A stretch of 63,984 nt of DNA, filler included, from Octopus bimaculoides (GCF_001194135.2; 6 parts of 5 records of this genome joined end to end with filler, not necessarily neighbours in it); one strand, 5' to 3'; shown: positions 50,006 to 63,984, counted from the first letter of the whole stretch. The notes: generated by a model not told the origin, from the letters alone. Program-made: numbers and translations.

Positions 50006-52315
50006 GCCAAGCGTCAGAGAACCTCTCAGACACACAGACACGCATACGCGCGCGTGCACATATGCACAGACACACACACATGCAGAGTCATATCGACATA
50101 TATTAATTTCTTACATAGACACAAAGCCATAAAATTAACCCCAATATTTCACTGGTACTTATTTTATTAACCCTAGAAGGAAGAAGGACAATGTTGACCT
50201 TTGTGGGATTTGAAATCACAACGTAAAGAACACTGATTAAACACCACCAAACTTTTTTTCCCCGATGCCTACGTGGACGTTCGATGTGCTTTTGATTATA
50301 AGGAGCGCTTTTGATTATAAGTTTGCCAGATCAGGACTGAACTAGCGCCAAACATCATCATCATCATCATCACCATTGTCGTCATTATCATCAGATATTT
50401 CGACCAATTTTTCAAGAAATATTTCTTCGACCTTTGTGACTTGCATCATAGTAATTCTAGCACAGTCACACCTACGCCATACATTTTATGACAGCTATAC
50501 ACATGTCACACACGTTATGACAGTCATAGATGTTATGACACAACCATTCCTACTCCATAGATCTTATAAAGAATAAAGAAGCTATTTAAACAACCGCCAA
50601 ACGTTTTGTTACATTCCTAAACAATATCTATATAATAAAAAAACAATATCAGTTTGTTTTTGTCGTGTTTTCTTAATTAGTTTTTAATTAATTAATATAT
50701 TTAGTTGTTTCTCTAATTAAGGATGGACTATAAAACTCCGATATAAGACAAATTAAAAACAGAATATTTTGGTGACGACTTCCTGAGACTACATCGGTTT
50801 ATTTGTATTCAAGAGTCGAAATTTGATGTGAATTAGTTGTGAATCCATCATTCAACCAACTTTTTCTTGGCGTTGTTACTATTTAAATAATTACAAAGAA
50901 TTTAAACAAAAAGAAAAAAAAAACAAACTTAAATTAAACTTTATTTATGAAATCAAACATTTCTTTTTCTAAATAACAATTCCAACATAAAAATCTGCTT
51001 TGTATAACTTCCACTACAGAAGCGTTTTATCGCCATTAGTCAGACATTCTCATTAGCTTATGCAACATAAAGTAGGTTTGGTTACCTGGAACAAAGTAAC
51101 GGAGTCGTTCTGATGCCGCCAGTCAGTCACGTGAGGAAATTATATCACAATCTATAGTTTCGTGTTTTTCCTTACAGAGCCTCTAAAACTTAGCAAAGTC
51201 TATTTACTACGTAACATTAACCTCTCATTAACAGCAGTTGACATTCTGACTCAGAGTGTGGCGGCCATGTTTGACCAAGCGGAAAAGAAGGCGAGTTATC
51301 AAACTAATTGCAGCCATCTTTATATTTTTTCTCGAGTCTGCCTAATGTCATCTCGCTTGCTGAGACTGACAATAAAGGATATGGCATATTGAAAATATTA
51401 TCAGTTTACGAAGTAAACCTAATCCTTTCCTATTTATCCGTTGTTTCTTCTCTTTTTTTTTCTTTCTATTTTCTTTGGTTATTTTCTTTAGATGAGAGTC
51501 TCGAGTTTGTGAAACGTACCAACACTGTTGAATGCCTTCCTGTTATAAGAATATTACTGCAGTTTCCTTCTTTCCTTCTGCCGTTTACCTTACGCTAAAT
51601 CGACAACATAATGACGAGGAGAAAAACATTAGCGAGAATCAACAAGTCGATCGAAACAAATGAAAATGTCGTGGGTTCCCAGGAGAGATTATTTTCGACA
51701 CAAAATACATTGACATGAAATGAAAAACTCTTCTTATAATAATGTATTCGCCAAGTTTTTTTTTGTTTGATTTTTTTTTTGTTTTTTGCCTTTCTTCATT
51801 TTGTTTGTTTATTTGTTTGTACTGGTGATATTATTTCAGAGAAAGAGCAGAGATACAGCACACGCAAAAAACAAACAAACGAACAAAAAAAAAAAACGCA
51901 CCTTTTTTTGTTTGTTTTAATTGCTGCATTCCTCAATGATGCATTTACTTGCAATATTAGAGTGCAAGCATTTATTGTTGTATGTTTTTGGTTGTGAAGT
52001 AGTGGTGTGTGCGTGCGTGCATGCGTGCGTGTGTGAGGTAGCTAGCTTCCGTCGTTCTGAAGCTCTCAGCTAAAAAGAACCGAGCTCTTTATGAAATTCA
52101 TAATGCAGGCTATACGGCCAATCAGTGAACTGTTACTGAAAGTAACCACAAAACCGTTCACGCATATCACACTTTATTATTATGGCTACTTGGTTTTAAT
52201 GAATCAAAGAAATAGCTGACGTGCAATTTCGTTTGCACTCGCATATTTTCACATTAATGTCTTTCTATATTTTTTCTCGTTTAAAAGCTCTTTACCAGCC
52301 TTGCTACTCCCCACA

Positions 52316-52415
<100 letters not shown>

Positions 52416-54989
52416 GTATATATATGTATGTATATGTGCATCTCTCTTTCAGTTTCTATCTCCATCTTCTTTTTATCTCCCTTCCTCAACCTCTCCTGTG
52501 CTTATATATTCACAACCTATCAAATTGCCTCACACCCCATCTTTTGTTCATATTTTACATACATATTTCTCGCAAACAATAATCTCAAGCGCTAAAATCA
52601 ACTAAACGTTTTCACTTCAAGAGGTTTTTCATTGAATATGAATTTTTATTCTTCCCCAACAAAAACCAAAACTAACAACAACAGCAACAACATCAACAAG
52701 CCACACTTACACCGTGTTTCTATTTTATATATTTCCCTGTAGTATTATTTTATCTCAATAACTTTACACTTGGAAGAATTATTGAATCAATATTAAAATT
52801 CCTCTTTTTTCTGTATCTATCTCATTTTCATCATATTTTTCTCTCCAAATCCTCTATTGCCACCACCACCACCACCATCATCATCATCATCCTCATCATC
52901 ATCATCATCCTCATCATCATCATCATCATCTCCCCCTCCCACATGCGCCACTGCTACTACCACCATCACCAACGCTACTGTCAATAACCGCCGTTACTAC
53001 TGCCACCACCACCACCACCACTAACGCCACCATCCCCATCCAAACCCCATCACAGCCACCCTTACCACTAATAGCCATAGAAGCCGATTCCTTGTGTCAT
53101 ATTGAGTGTATCTACCCTACAGAATATAGGGTGTACATGGCCCATTAATAGAGGATGTATATGGTGATCGATTAACAGATTTGTAAGAATGCAGAATAGA
53201 AGACGCCTTGCGTTGAATGTTCCGGCTCTTTGAACTCTGAGTTCAAATCCTGCCGAGGTCAACTTTACCTTTCATCGTTTCAGGATCGATAAATGAAGTA
53301 CCAATCAGATAATGGTAGCACCCACCTCACAAACATCACATCTTGGATATTCTACCAGATCACAGGTAGGAGAGCTGGGAGAGTTCCTGGACTTATTCAC
53401 GACTACACAGGCACCTACAAACATTTACGAAAGCATGGTACGTGCAGATGAAAAGTCCTGATCGATTGCCAGCAATGGTCTTTGTGGTTTGGCTTTATAT
53501 AGCCTGGGTATAGAGGGTGCATATGATACGTTAAATGACGTGTGTTTATAGCCTATTAAATGGATCCTGGTCCGTACTTATCCCAATGATTATGGTGAAG
53601 GCATACGTATATGCAGGAGTTCATCTACATATATGCACCAGGCTAACAATATTACTTAGATTAGTGAAGGACCCACAACCCCACAATGCCTCAAAAAAAC
53701 AATAAAAAACAGAGAATTAACGTCATTTGATTTAATCCTCCAAAACCCTGGGCTGGGGCAGCGAGTAGCACCAACATTTCATTAAGACTGCATGTAAGTG
53801 CTTTTTCTTTCTTTCTTTCTTTCTATGTGTGTGTAAGTAAGCGCATATAAATATGTGTATGTGCGCCGCGAGTGTGTAAGAAAACGTAGCTATGTAAGGT
53901 GTCTCTTTGTCCGTGTGCGTGTGCGCATGCGTGCGTGCGTATGTGGTTTACTACGGCTCAAGTCTGATGCGGCGAATTTGTGATGAAAGGAGTTCCGTCC
54001 ATGACCATCCTGCCTACCTTTGCAATAGGCCCTACTTTCGTAAGTTGACAGGATGTGAGTTGAAGGAATTAAACTCCTACTTCTAGCAAGTCGAGCGACT
54101 CCGCAGAGGCCGGCTCCGTCAGTTTACGTAAGTGATGGTAGTGGTGGCGGTGACTTTGATGTTGGGCGTCGTGATGGCAACGATGATGATGGACAATGAG
54201 GGTGACGACGACGACGATGGTTCGGTGGGATGGGAATAATGATAATAATAATAATAACAATAACAATAATAATAATAATAATAATAATAAGAAGAAGAAG
54301 AAACAAGTAAATCAACAACAATCAATGAGACAGTAAAAAATGAAAAGCTTTCTATAAGAGATAAATGTTGTGGGTGGGTGGGGGATGTACATGGGGAGGT
54401 TATTAGAGAAGGGAGGGGTGTGTATTGGGGGGTATGGGGGATGTTGTTGTTAATTAAGTCCAATATAGGACATAATGCGACAAAATTGATAACTATGGAA
54501 TTCTGGTGGCAAGGAATTTCGAAGATAAGGCAGTTGACAATTACGAAGAAGACGAAGAACTGTTTCTTCCTTGAAACAAAGACTCTTCTCTCTTATTTGC
54601 GGACGAATACAATATGTCGACCGAAAGCTCGAAGATAAATTCCGAAGTTGAGGAACGAACAAAAAAAAATATTAACAATTCTAGGAGAGACTTGTAAAAA
54701 CAAAAAGGAAGGACTTTGCTAGAGAGGGAAACTTATCGAGTTTTGAGATCTTCCCAAAATAATTTTTGTCTACGCAGACGGTTTCTTAGGAAAGTAGGTT
54801 TTATTTGGCAAGTTTATAAACAAAAACGGAATTTGCTTTTCTGACTGTGTTCTGTATGAGTCCTTCACAATATAAGATGGTTATTGTTTTAAACTTCTCA
54901 ACTTTTCGCTCTGCGTCACTTCCAAACCTACTGGCGCTTTCTCTGAAAATATTTCTTCCTATTAGATTCCTAAAGAATAGCAACACCGA

Positions 54990-55340
54990 CTTGGCATATT
55001 AACATCATTCCCCACAGCTTCCATCCTGGAATTAAGGTAGCCTCCTGGCTCGTGTGAGCTCATGAGAATTATAAATCTTTCTGCCAAACACAATTTACAC
55101 AGTCTTGTTCCATTATGATAGGGTCCACAAGCCGTAGGGAGTTGTCCACATTTTCGGAAATCTTTACTTCAAAATCGGAAAAACCTAGCTATCAAGCGAA
55201 GGAAGACAACTCGTCCGGCCATATTTTTAAAGAGGATTATTTCTTGAACTATCACCGGCGTTCTTGTGTCTTAAAACAAACATTCTTTGCAGAGAAAGGT
55301 TACTGTTTAGAGAAACTGAAGAGATGTCGAGTTGACGGTA
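54990..55340 (-). pseudogene. Penelope-like GIY-YIG endonuclease C-terminal relic
   Basis: Minus strand PYHNGTRLCKLCLAERFII...LNSRME matches the PLE PY.NG...C.LCL.EK..I...LN.R.E motif. An ELSSFA..DFEVKI segment precedes it in another frame. Confidence 0.6.
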
Positions 55341-55560
55341 GATATGAAACCAATGGTTTTTTNNNNNNNNNNTATATATATGTATGTATGTATGTATATA
55401 TGTATGTACGTATGTATGTATGTATATGATTATTCCGACTCGTGTTTCTACTGAGTCAGTGTATCGTCGGAATGTAATATGAAGAATTTTTTGTCTATAG
55501 ATTTTAAAGATGTGTAACTCTTCATTCATCATTTCTCTCTCTCTCTCTCTCTCTCTCTCA

Positions 55561-55592
<32 letters not shown>

Positions 55593-56676
55593 TATATGAT
55601 ATATATAATATATGCATATGACAGACAGACAGACACAGACACACACACACACAGAGACACACGTACCGACAGATAGAGTAAAATAATCTGAAAATTATTG
55701 AGTATGTGTTGAACAACTCTTCCTGCTTTTGTTTTGAAAATGACGAAATTGAATTGTTGTCTCGTGAAGAAGGTCATTCTCTCAAAAAGTATCCCATTCC
55801 AACACTTTGCCTGACAAACTACGTGTGTGAGAAAAGACTCGTAGGTTAATTACTGACCACGGGCCGCCTGTGATCGGCAGGCGATAGTTTTTCTCGCCCC
55901 TTCTCCATATGATCGATTGGGGTGATATATAATGGCTGCCAAATCTTTTTTAACGTATAACCCTTAGCCTCATAAAAGCAGACGTTATTGTAGATGTTAC
56001 TGTTGCTAATATTTAACCCCAGGCTGGTTCTGACAGAAGACCTATGATAAATCCCTATTCCAACGATGACCACCCAGTTTTATCTCGGCTATTCTGTACT
56101 CCAAGTTATATTATCCAATATGTCCATTTTTTTAGGACAACTGGTTATGATTTGGCTGTGATCAAGAAGACCTTGGATCGAAGACATTCCATTCGCGATT
56201 AACTCGTCTTTAATCAAGTACCCGGTTTCTTAGAACAATAATTTTCAGTATGCCTTTAAGGACGATTTGGCTATTATTTTCTGCAGATCGTGGAGTGAAA
56301 TCAATAGACGAATGGATTCAAAACTGGTTGTAAAACGAGTTTGATATTTTCTAATTAAGACAAGACATGACGGACGATAAAACAAGGATCAGTTCCATTG
56401 TCGTTGATGTCTGGAAATAACGACCAAACCGTGGAACTCTGTATTAATGGTGCGTCGAGATTTTTGACGCGTGGAAGAGGAAATAACACGGAATAATGGG
56501 TTATGGTCTGATCTTAATATTTATTCTATGTGTGTGTGTGTGTGTGACTGACCGATTAGTGGAGACTGGAAGCAGGAGCAGGGTGGGAGGGGTGATTCTT
56601 AGCAAAACATATTGTATTGTTTATTATCGTTATCACCGTCTTAATAATGTATTAGAAAGACATTGTAATCAGACGC

Positions 56677-56713
<37 letters not shown>

Positions 56714-56924
56714 NNNNNNNNNNNNNNNNNNNNNNNNNNNNNNNNNNNNNNNNNNNNNNNNNNNNNNNNNNNNNNNNNNNNNNNNNNNNNNNNNNNNNNN
56801 NNNNNNNNNNNNNNNNNNNNNNNNNNNNNNNNNNNNNNNNNNNNNNNNNNNNNNNNNNNNNNNNNNNNNNNNNNNNNNNNNNNNNNNNNNNNNNNNNNNN
56901 NNNNNNNNNNNNNNNNNNNNNNNN

Positions 56925-56974
<50 letters not shown>

Positions 56975-57565
56975 ATAGATAAACAGATAGATAGATAAAC
57001 TATTGTTTAATCCATTCGTGATAGATAAACCGATTGCCGGATTAATAGGTTCGCATTAATATTGCAAGAAAGACAAAATATGTTGCAATCTGATCTATCA
57101 ACCTAATAACTAAAAAGCGAAGATGGAACAGATTCAGACGAACGAGAAAAAGAAAAAAACATCACAACAAAAAGCGAAAAGTTGTTGGAATTTCATTAAC
57201 CCGATAATGTATTGAAGTTCAAATAAACTGGAATTAGCTAATAAGAACTTTTAGAATCTTGGGAAGTCAATAAATTCTTTAGTAATCACAATTTTGGAAT
57301 CTACAATAAACATGGCGGAATACCCCAATAGAAAAAGGTTGCCATTTTGAACAGATTCATTGATTGATTATAAAATTTTATCAAATATATTGATAGAAAT
57401 GGTACGGATATGTGGTTCAGAAGATCGTTTCTTAAACCCATGGTTCCGGTTTTTGTCCGGGTGTGCGGTGCATGTGCATTTGTGGCCATATACATGTGTG
57501 TGTGTGTGTGTATCTAGATATGTAGAAGAGTATGTGGGTGTGTGCGAGTATACACACATGCACAT

Positions 57566-57603
<38 letters not shown>

Positions 57604-57659
57604 ACTCACTCACACGCACACACACACATACACACAGACACACATGCAAGATAGATCCG

Positions 57660-58060
57660 GACGAACTAGGACGATCATCAGTAACGTATCTTAAGGTCAT
57701 CGAATTCTTTAGGTCTTTCGACTGATTGGGTCATCCAAGTGTCCCAAACAGAGTTAACCAAGCCAAGATAGCAACAGTCCATGGATTAGACCTCTTCATC
57801 CGAAATCACTCGGTTGTTTACCATCCGTATAAATCCCAGTTCTTTGAAAACCCCAGTTGCCCGCCTCTATCGGAATACCTTCCTTCCAACTGCTTCTATG
57901 GTGTTTCCATACCAGCTCCTTATACTTTGCCTCTTTCTTCTCATCCGTTCCTCGTTTTCGTTCCGCAACACTGTAAGTTCGTGTGTGCTTGGTGGTTTGG
58001 TCACTTCTGAGGGGATGCTTATGTCCGGCCGGAGTGATGTCTGTATACATAAAATTATGT
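57660..58060 (-). pseudogene. R2-group (HERO/NeSL-like) retroelement 3' end: restriction-like endonuclease plus UTR
   Basis: Across three frames TSLRPDI, ELTV and EKKEAKYKELV..SSWK..IPIEAGNWGF, matching the PD..ELT..ERK..KY..L...GW...PIEVG.RGF RLE signature. Confidence 0.7.
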
Positions 58061-59061
58061 CCCTTTAACTTTTAGGTAAAAGAAACAAGATATTTCTTAA
58101 ATCTGTGAGAGAAATTAATTTCACTTTGAATTCCGTTCTTGAATTCCGTTCTTGCAGATTGTAAGAGAGCAATATTTTTTCAGGACACTCTTTTACATCC
58201 CGTGATTCTCTTTTCCACCATTCAACGAGGATAATTTATCTGAAGCATTAAAAAGTCTTTCAATGGAATTAGCAGAAAGGTAAAAAATGAAAATGCAGTT
58301 TCGTTTATTTAGGTTTCACGGATTTCAGATCTCGAATCATTCCGTCGTGCCCTGTGGTAGACAAAATATATACCAGTTATGCAATGGTGTAGGTCCATTC
58401 GACTTTATCCGCTTTCTTTCAAACACTGACCTTAATCCTAGCAAAATCGTCAAACTCGAAATGAAGAGATAGACATCAACAGGTCAAATAGTACACATGC
58501 GTTGGTTTTAATTGGTTTCAAGATGTGATTCCTTTAAGATTTTAATAGCAACGTCGATCCTGTGTTTTTTGTGTGTGTTTGTGCGTTTGTTTTTCAAGTA
58601 TTGTTCCGTCCTTTTGTTGTTGTCTCGCTCTCCTCGAACAGCAGAAATGATTAACAATGGAAAGCAAAGTCGTTGCGTGCTCTGAACGGATCACTGCTTT
58701 GACTGAATAATGTTGCCGATCAACCAACGAACGCTGGACAATTGTCTTATACCTGCAGCACACGTGACCGTCCGAACAAAAACAACAAAAACAGAAACAA
58801 AAATATGGGAATGAACAAGTTTTATTAGTAAAGATGTATTTCCACAGTGCGGATCAGTCCTCTGAATGATGCTATGTGTTATCATCATCACCATCATCAC
58901 CATCATCACCATCATCACCATCCTCGTTCTCTTCTCCTTTCTGTGCTTCTTCTTCCTCTCCTTCCTCCATCTTCTCCTTCCTCTTCCACCTCCTCTTCTC
59001 CTCTTCCTCCTCTCCCGCCCCACCAACACGGCCGTTGTCACCACCTCCACCACCATCACCC

Positions 59062-59113
<52 letters not shown>

Positions 59114-59121
59114 TATTATTA

Positions 59122-59183
<62 letters not shown>

Positions 59184-59365
59184 ACTGAATAGTTCGCAGC
59201 AGAAATGGCCTCACAGATGGTTGAATCAACGGCAGACAAGACCGGCGCAACAGTCACAAAACAATCAGAACAACAAGAACAGCAACGACAACAACAACAA
59301 CACAAAAGAGCAGAAAAGCTGACATAATAATGATAAAATGAAAATAAATAAATAATAATAATAAT

Positions 59366-59465
59366 NNNNNNNNNNNNNNNNNNNNNNNNNNNNNNNNNNN
59401 NNNNNNNNNTTAATTAATTAANNNNNNNNNNNNNNNNNNNNNNNNNNNNNNNNNNNNNNNNNNNN
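59366..59465. other. Assembly linker 44N-TTAATTAATTAA-44N
   Basis: Identical 100-bp block. Confidence 0.95.
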
Positions 59466-60650
59466 TGCATGAGCTGCCTGTTAGGTTATATGGGATTGGT
59501 TCGGGGGAATGGTAGTATTGTTGCCTTAGATTGTTATATGTGTGTGGGTGTCTATGGGTGTTTTGGTTAGTGATGTGTGTAACTCTAGTATGTAGGATGT
59601 TTCTTGATCTGATGTTATTTTGTGTTGTTCTTGAGTTCGGTGGGGGCCAGTAATTTTGGGTCATAGGGTAGTAGTGACTAGCATGTGGTGTGTTTCTTAT
59701 CCTAGTGTTGTTTTGGGTTGTTATGGGGTGGTTATGCCTGGTATTGGGACGTTGTTGGTGTGTTCTGTTCCTGGTGTATGGGTGATCTTTATGTTTGGTG
59801 CAAGTAATTTCATAAATGCGTTGTCTGTAAGCTTGTTCCCTGTTTAATTTTGGGTGGTTCAAAAGTGGTGGTTGTAAATGATTTCTTTTTATGGTGTATG
59901 GAGGGTAATGAGGAGTGTTGTTGTTGGTTATGTGGTAGAAATTGGTGGTGGTTTGTGCGTTGTTCAGTTTTTGTTTATTATTTATAGTTCTTTTCTTTAG
60001 GAAAGGATTATCTGTGCTGAATTCTTGTTTAAAATTTGATTCATATCTTTGGAAGAAATCATTGCTTTTTTCCCAGCGTAGGAGAGAGTTTCTTTCTTCC
60101 TTTTCACAGATTTCTTTCCAAACATTTATGGTATTTTCGAGGGGTTGTCCCTCGGTTTGTTTGTTTATTTCCTTGTGCATCTCTTCGTCGATGTTTTTAT
60201 ATTTTTCTTCATTAGTGGAGGCCCTAAGTCTTAGTAGTTCAATCTTTGATTTTAGATGGAATAGTGCTAACTTTTACCTGATGGTTCTCTGTCCGTCAGG
60301 TTCATTTGGTATTGTTTTGATCTGGAATTTGCGTGGGAGAATAATTGGTGTTGAGTTCATCCATCCCACATAAATATCTGCTTCGTTGGAATTTTTTATC
60401 ATATTCCAGTAAGCGAGTTTTCTATTATGGAGGCTTGTATTCCAAATATTGTCTATTTTTCTTTTTGTTAAATTGACTTGTGTAAGTATGGCGTCCTGAT
60501 GTGTTTCATTTGGTGTGCGTTGGCTGTTTGGCTGTTGTTCGGTTTGTTTGTGAATACCGACTTTAGTGTAGTACACAGAGTGTTTAAATCTTTATTAATT
60601 TGTTCTTGTTTTATAATGAATTCGTCGATAGTATCGTGTAGAGGAGGTTA
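59466..60650 (-). pseudogene. ~370-codon reading frame with one in-frame TAA; probable retroelement ORF N-terminal region
   Basis: ORFs 60576-60274 and 60180-59466 are in the same frame, and the 31 codons between them are open (KLALFHLKSKIELLRLRASTNEEKYKNIDEE). A helical charged domain is followed by an N/T/H/P/Q-rich tail. No catalytic motif is visible. Confidence 0.55.
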
Positions 60651-60654
60651 TATA

Positions 60655-60692
<38 letters not shown>

Positions 60693-61500
60693 TATNNNNN
60701 NNNNNNNNNNNNNNNNNNNNNNNNNNNNNNNNNNNNNNNNNNNNNNNNNNNNNNNNNNNNNNNNNNNNNNNNNNNNNNNNNNNNNNNNNNNNNNNNNNNN
60801 NNNNNNNNNNNNNNNNNNNNNNNNNNNNNNNNNNNNNNNNNNNNNNNNNNNNNNNNNNNNNNNNNNNNNNNNNNNNNNNNNNNNNNNNNNNNNNNNNNNN
60901 NNNNNNNNNNNNNNNNNNNNNNNNNNNNNNNNNNNNNNNNNNNNNNNNNNNNNNNNNNNNNNNNNNNNNNNNNNNNNNNNNNNNNNNNNNNNNNNNNNNN
61001 NNNNNNNNNNNNNNNNNNNNNNNNNNNNNNNNNNNNNNNNNNNNNNNNNNNNNNNNNNNNNNNNNNNNNNNNNNNNNNNNNNNNNNNNNNNNNNNNNNNN
61101 NNNNNNNNNNNNNNNNNNNNNNNNNNNNNNNNNNNNNNNNNNNNNNNNNNNNNNNNNNNNNNNNNNNNNNNNNNNNNNNNNNNNNNNNNNNNNNNNNNNN
61201 NNNNNNNNNNNNNNNNNNNNNNNNNNNNNNNNNNNNNNNNNNNNNNNNNNNNNNNNNNNNNNNNNNNNNNNNNNNNNNNNNNNNNNNNNNNNNNNNNNNN
61301 NNNNNNNNNNNNNNNNNNNNNNNNNNNNNNNNNNNNNNNNNNNNNNNNNNNNNNNNNNNNNNNNNNNNNNNNNNNNNNNNNNNNNNNNNNNNNNNNNNNN
61401 NNNNNNNNNNNNNNNNNNNNNNNNNNNNNNNNNNNNNNNNNNNNNNNNNNNNNNNNNNNNNNNNNNNNNNNNNNNNNNNNNNNNNNNNNNNNNNNNNNNT

Positions 61501-61531
<31 letters not shown>

Positions 61532-62541
61532 TTAGTATAGTGCATGATAATTTAGACATAAGATAATTATGATCTCTTACAGGACACAGCGTTAATATGA
61601 ATATGCATGAAGATCTCTATTTCACAACAGCTATTAGATGGGAATAGCATTCTAATACGGATGTAGTTGTATATTTTCCTAATAGCAGTTCTGTCCCACT
61701 TTTGTATATTACACTGCTTGTTAGAGATTCCTTAATCTTTAGAGAAAGTCCAGGAATGGATGAGACATATCTGTAGCCATTGTCACTCAAATTATATATA
61801 CAGGAATAATTGCAAACAATGAAAGTTAAGTGCGTGGAGCTTCTGTCGAAATTAATATCTTTTGTATATTATTAATTTGAATCTAGCGTGAATTCGCCAA
61901 CAACATTTCTTCATCTCCTTTTGTTTGATAGCATAAGTACCAGCTATTTCCTCAACTTATTCAGTTATTTCATAAATCACACAATTTACTTAGAAATGTT
62001 ACACACAGACGCGTGGGCCCACCCATATACACACATATAAATACATGCACACGCCCAACCAAATTTATGGATGAGAGCAGGGAGAGATAGAGAGGGTGAC
62101 AGAACGAGAAGAAGGAAAAAGTGATATACATAAACATATACTTACGTACATTTACACGCACATAAATGCACACATAGACACACACACTCACACATATATA
62201 TGTATGTATATATTGTTTTAGATAGTTAATTATGAAGAACCAATAGAAAAGTTGACTTTGAATCAATAGGTGACAATAAATTATTTCTACTGGACATTGT
62301 TAATAGGATTACACTTATACTCTTATCTCATTATCTTCCTCTATGTCTATATAACTATGATTATAATTGCACACATAAGCACACACTCAGAAACACACTT
62401 ATACACACAAACATACATGTGTGTGTATGTGTGTGTGAGTGTGTATGTGTGTATGAGTGTGTATGTGCATGTATCCCTATAATATATACATGTTTGTGTG
62501 CATATTTTTCAACCTATTAATGTATTGTCCTCGATATGTAT

Positions 62542-62641
62542 NNNNNNNNNNNNNNNNNNNNNNNNNNNNNNNNNNNNNNNNNNNNTTAATTAATTAANNN
62601 NNNNNNNNNNNNNNNNNNNNNNNNNNNNNNNNNNNNNNNNN
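62542..62641. other. Assembly linker 44N-TTAATTAATTAA-44N
   Basis: Identical 100-bp block. Confidence 0.95.
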
Positions 62642-62740
62642 AAGGCCTGGTACTCTTTCTATCTACCTCTCTTGCCGAATTGTTAAGTTACGACGACGTA
62701 AACACGGCCACACCGGTTGTCAAGTGGTGGTGGGCGAAAA

Positions 62741-62790
<50 letters not shown>

Positions 62791-62924
62791 CGTTCTTCTT
62801 TCAGTTTCTAATTTGGTCACCCCGAGGCTACAGTAGAAAACGCTGAAGGTGCCACGCAGTGGGATTGTGCCCGGAGCCATGTGGTTCGAAAGCTTGCATC
62901 TTACCGCACAGCTATTCCTACGCC
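62642..62924 (-). mobile_element. CORE-type SINE copy
   Basis: Reverse complement of the 5110 family ('aaggtgccacgcagtggga...cttaccgcacagctattcctacgcc'). Confidence 0.75.
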
Positions 62925-63326
62925 ATATATATATACATATATTATTATATTTACACACACACACACACACACACACGAATATATGAATCTAGGCGTACGT
63001 GTGGTCCACGCGCATGAAATTTCGGGGCATGCACTCTGCAAGGCCTTCATATCAATGGCTACACTCATGCATCGATGTGGATGGATGCGTTTTGTTATAC
63101 AATATTTTATTGTCCAATGATTATAATTACTATTATATATGTATGCGTGCCTCTCTATCTCTCTCTATGTGTATGTATGTATGTATGTATGTATGCATGT
63201 ATCTATTTGTGTCTTGGCATGCGAGTATATATGTACATAAATATGTAATTGTATATCTATCTATCTATCTATCTGGCCATCATTCTATCTATCTATCTGT
63301 ACAGACATACATACATACATTCGTAG

Positions 63327-63360
<34 letters not shown>

Positions 63361-63984
63361 CTACCAAAAACAGCATGGAGTCCTGTGTATGCGTGTATTC
63401 CCATATATAGTAATATATATATTTCAATATTCACATAAGCGTTTTCCGTAATAGAACATGTTCCAAATTACATTCATACATGCATATATACATATATATA
63501 TATATACATGTATATACACAAACATACACATGTGTGCGCGCGCGTGCAGTGTGTCGTTGTAATCCACCTCAGCTCACAACAACAGCTCTGTAATCCTATC
63601 AAGTTGAAATATGGCAAAAATACTCCGCCATTCAGGAGTTCAATTACTTTTGGCATGGCGAGTTAAATTTGCCTGCATTTTGATAAATTGATTTCTGGGA
63701 TATCACCGTGTGCACGTGCACGCATATACAAACACACCCACATGCCCATACGTACAGATACATGGCCACACACACACATGCATATATACGCATATATACC
63801 TATGCATCAATTATATTTATAATATTAATATGTATATAAATATATATATATATATTGATGTATATTTATATGTGGAGATGTTTGTGTAAATATTTTAAAC
63901 ATATGTATACAATGCAATGTATACTATATATGTGTGTGTTTGTGTGTGTATATAAATATATAAACATATTACTATGTATTATAT

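Noticed and set aside
51162-51598. Acceptor-like sites (TTACAG at ~51177, TTTAG at ~51490) as the next PDE exon
   Set aside because: Phase-0 translation hits stops quickly and shows no D.RFN or LLCMPI similarity.
54478-54700. Acidic coding-like frame CDKIDNYGILVARNFEDKAVDNYEEDEELFLP*
   Set aside because: It is short and stop-interrupted, with no splice signals or family match that I recognise.
60274-60276. In-frame stop as selenocysteine or programmed read-through
   Set aside because: The codon is TAA, not TGA, so a nonsense mutation or sequencing error is simpler.

Overview
Eukaryotic (animal) genomic scaffold from a gapped draft assembly, AT-rich and saturated with microsatellites. The SINE families and repeat landscape suggest a coleoid cephalopod (Octopus-like); this is inference from recalled families, not a database match. 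The only host coding sequence I can support is a 780-nt first coding exon (12339-13118, +) of a GAF-domain cyclic-nucleotide phosphodiesterase of the PDE5/PDE11 group. I could not find its next exon, so the remaining ~51 kb is probably one large intron. The rest is a layered transposon graveyard: a full-length 5S rRNA copy fused to a retroposon tail, tRNA/CORE-type SINEs, RTE, CR1, Tx1, HERO/NeSL-like and Penelope retroelement relics, and mariner, maT-like, hAT, piggyBac-like and Merlin DNA-transposon relics or MITEs. The most striking structure is a young 249-bp palindromic MITE (13162-13410) 43 nt behind the PDE splice donor. It has ~88-bp TIRs, GG termini, a perfect 8-bp TSD and inward-facing telomeric (CCCTAA)n/(TTAGGG)n tracts, and a decayed Merlin/IS1595-type transposase lies ~6 kb upstream. 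No prokaryotic systems or CRISPR arrays are present. Nearly all ORFs in the supplied track are microsatellite or N-gap artefacts. Five 44N-TTAATTAATTAA-44N blocks are assembly linkers. SINE and relic boundaries are approximate (about +/-20 nt).
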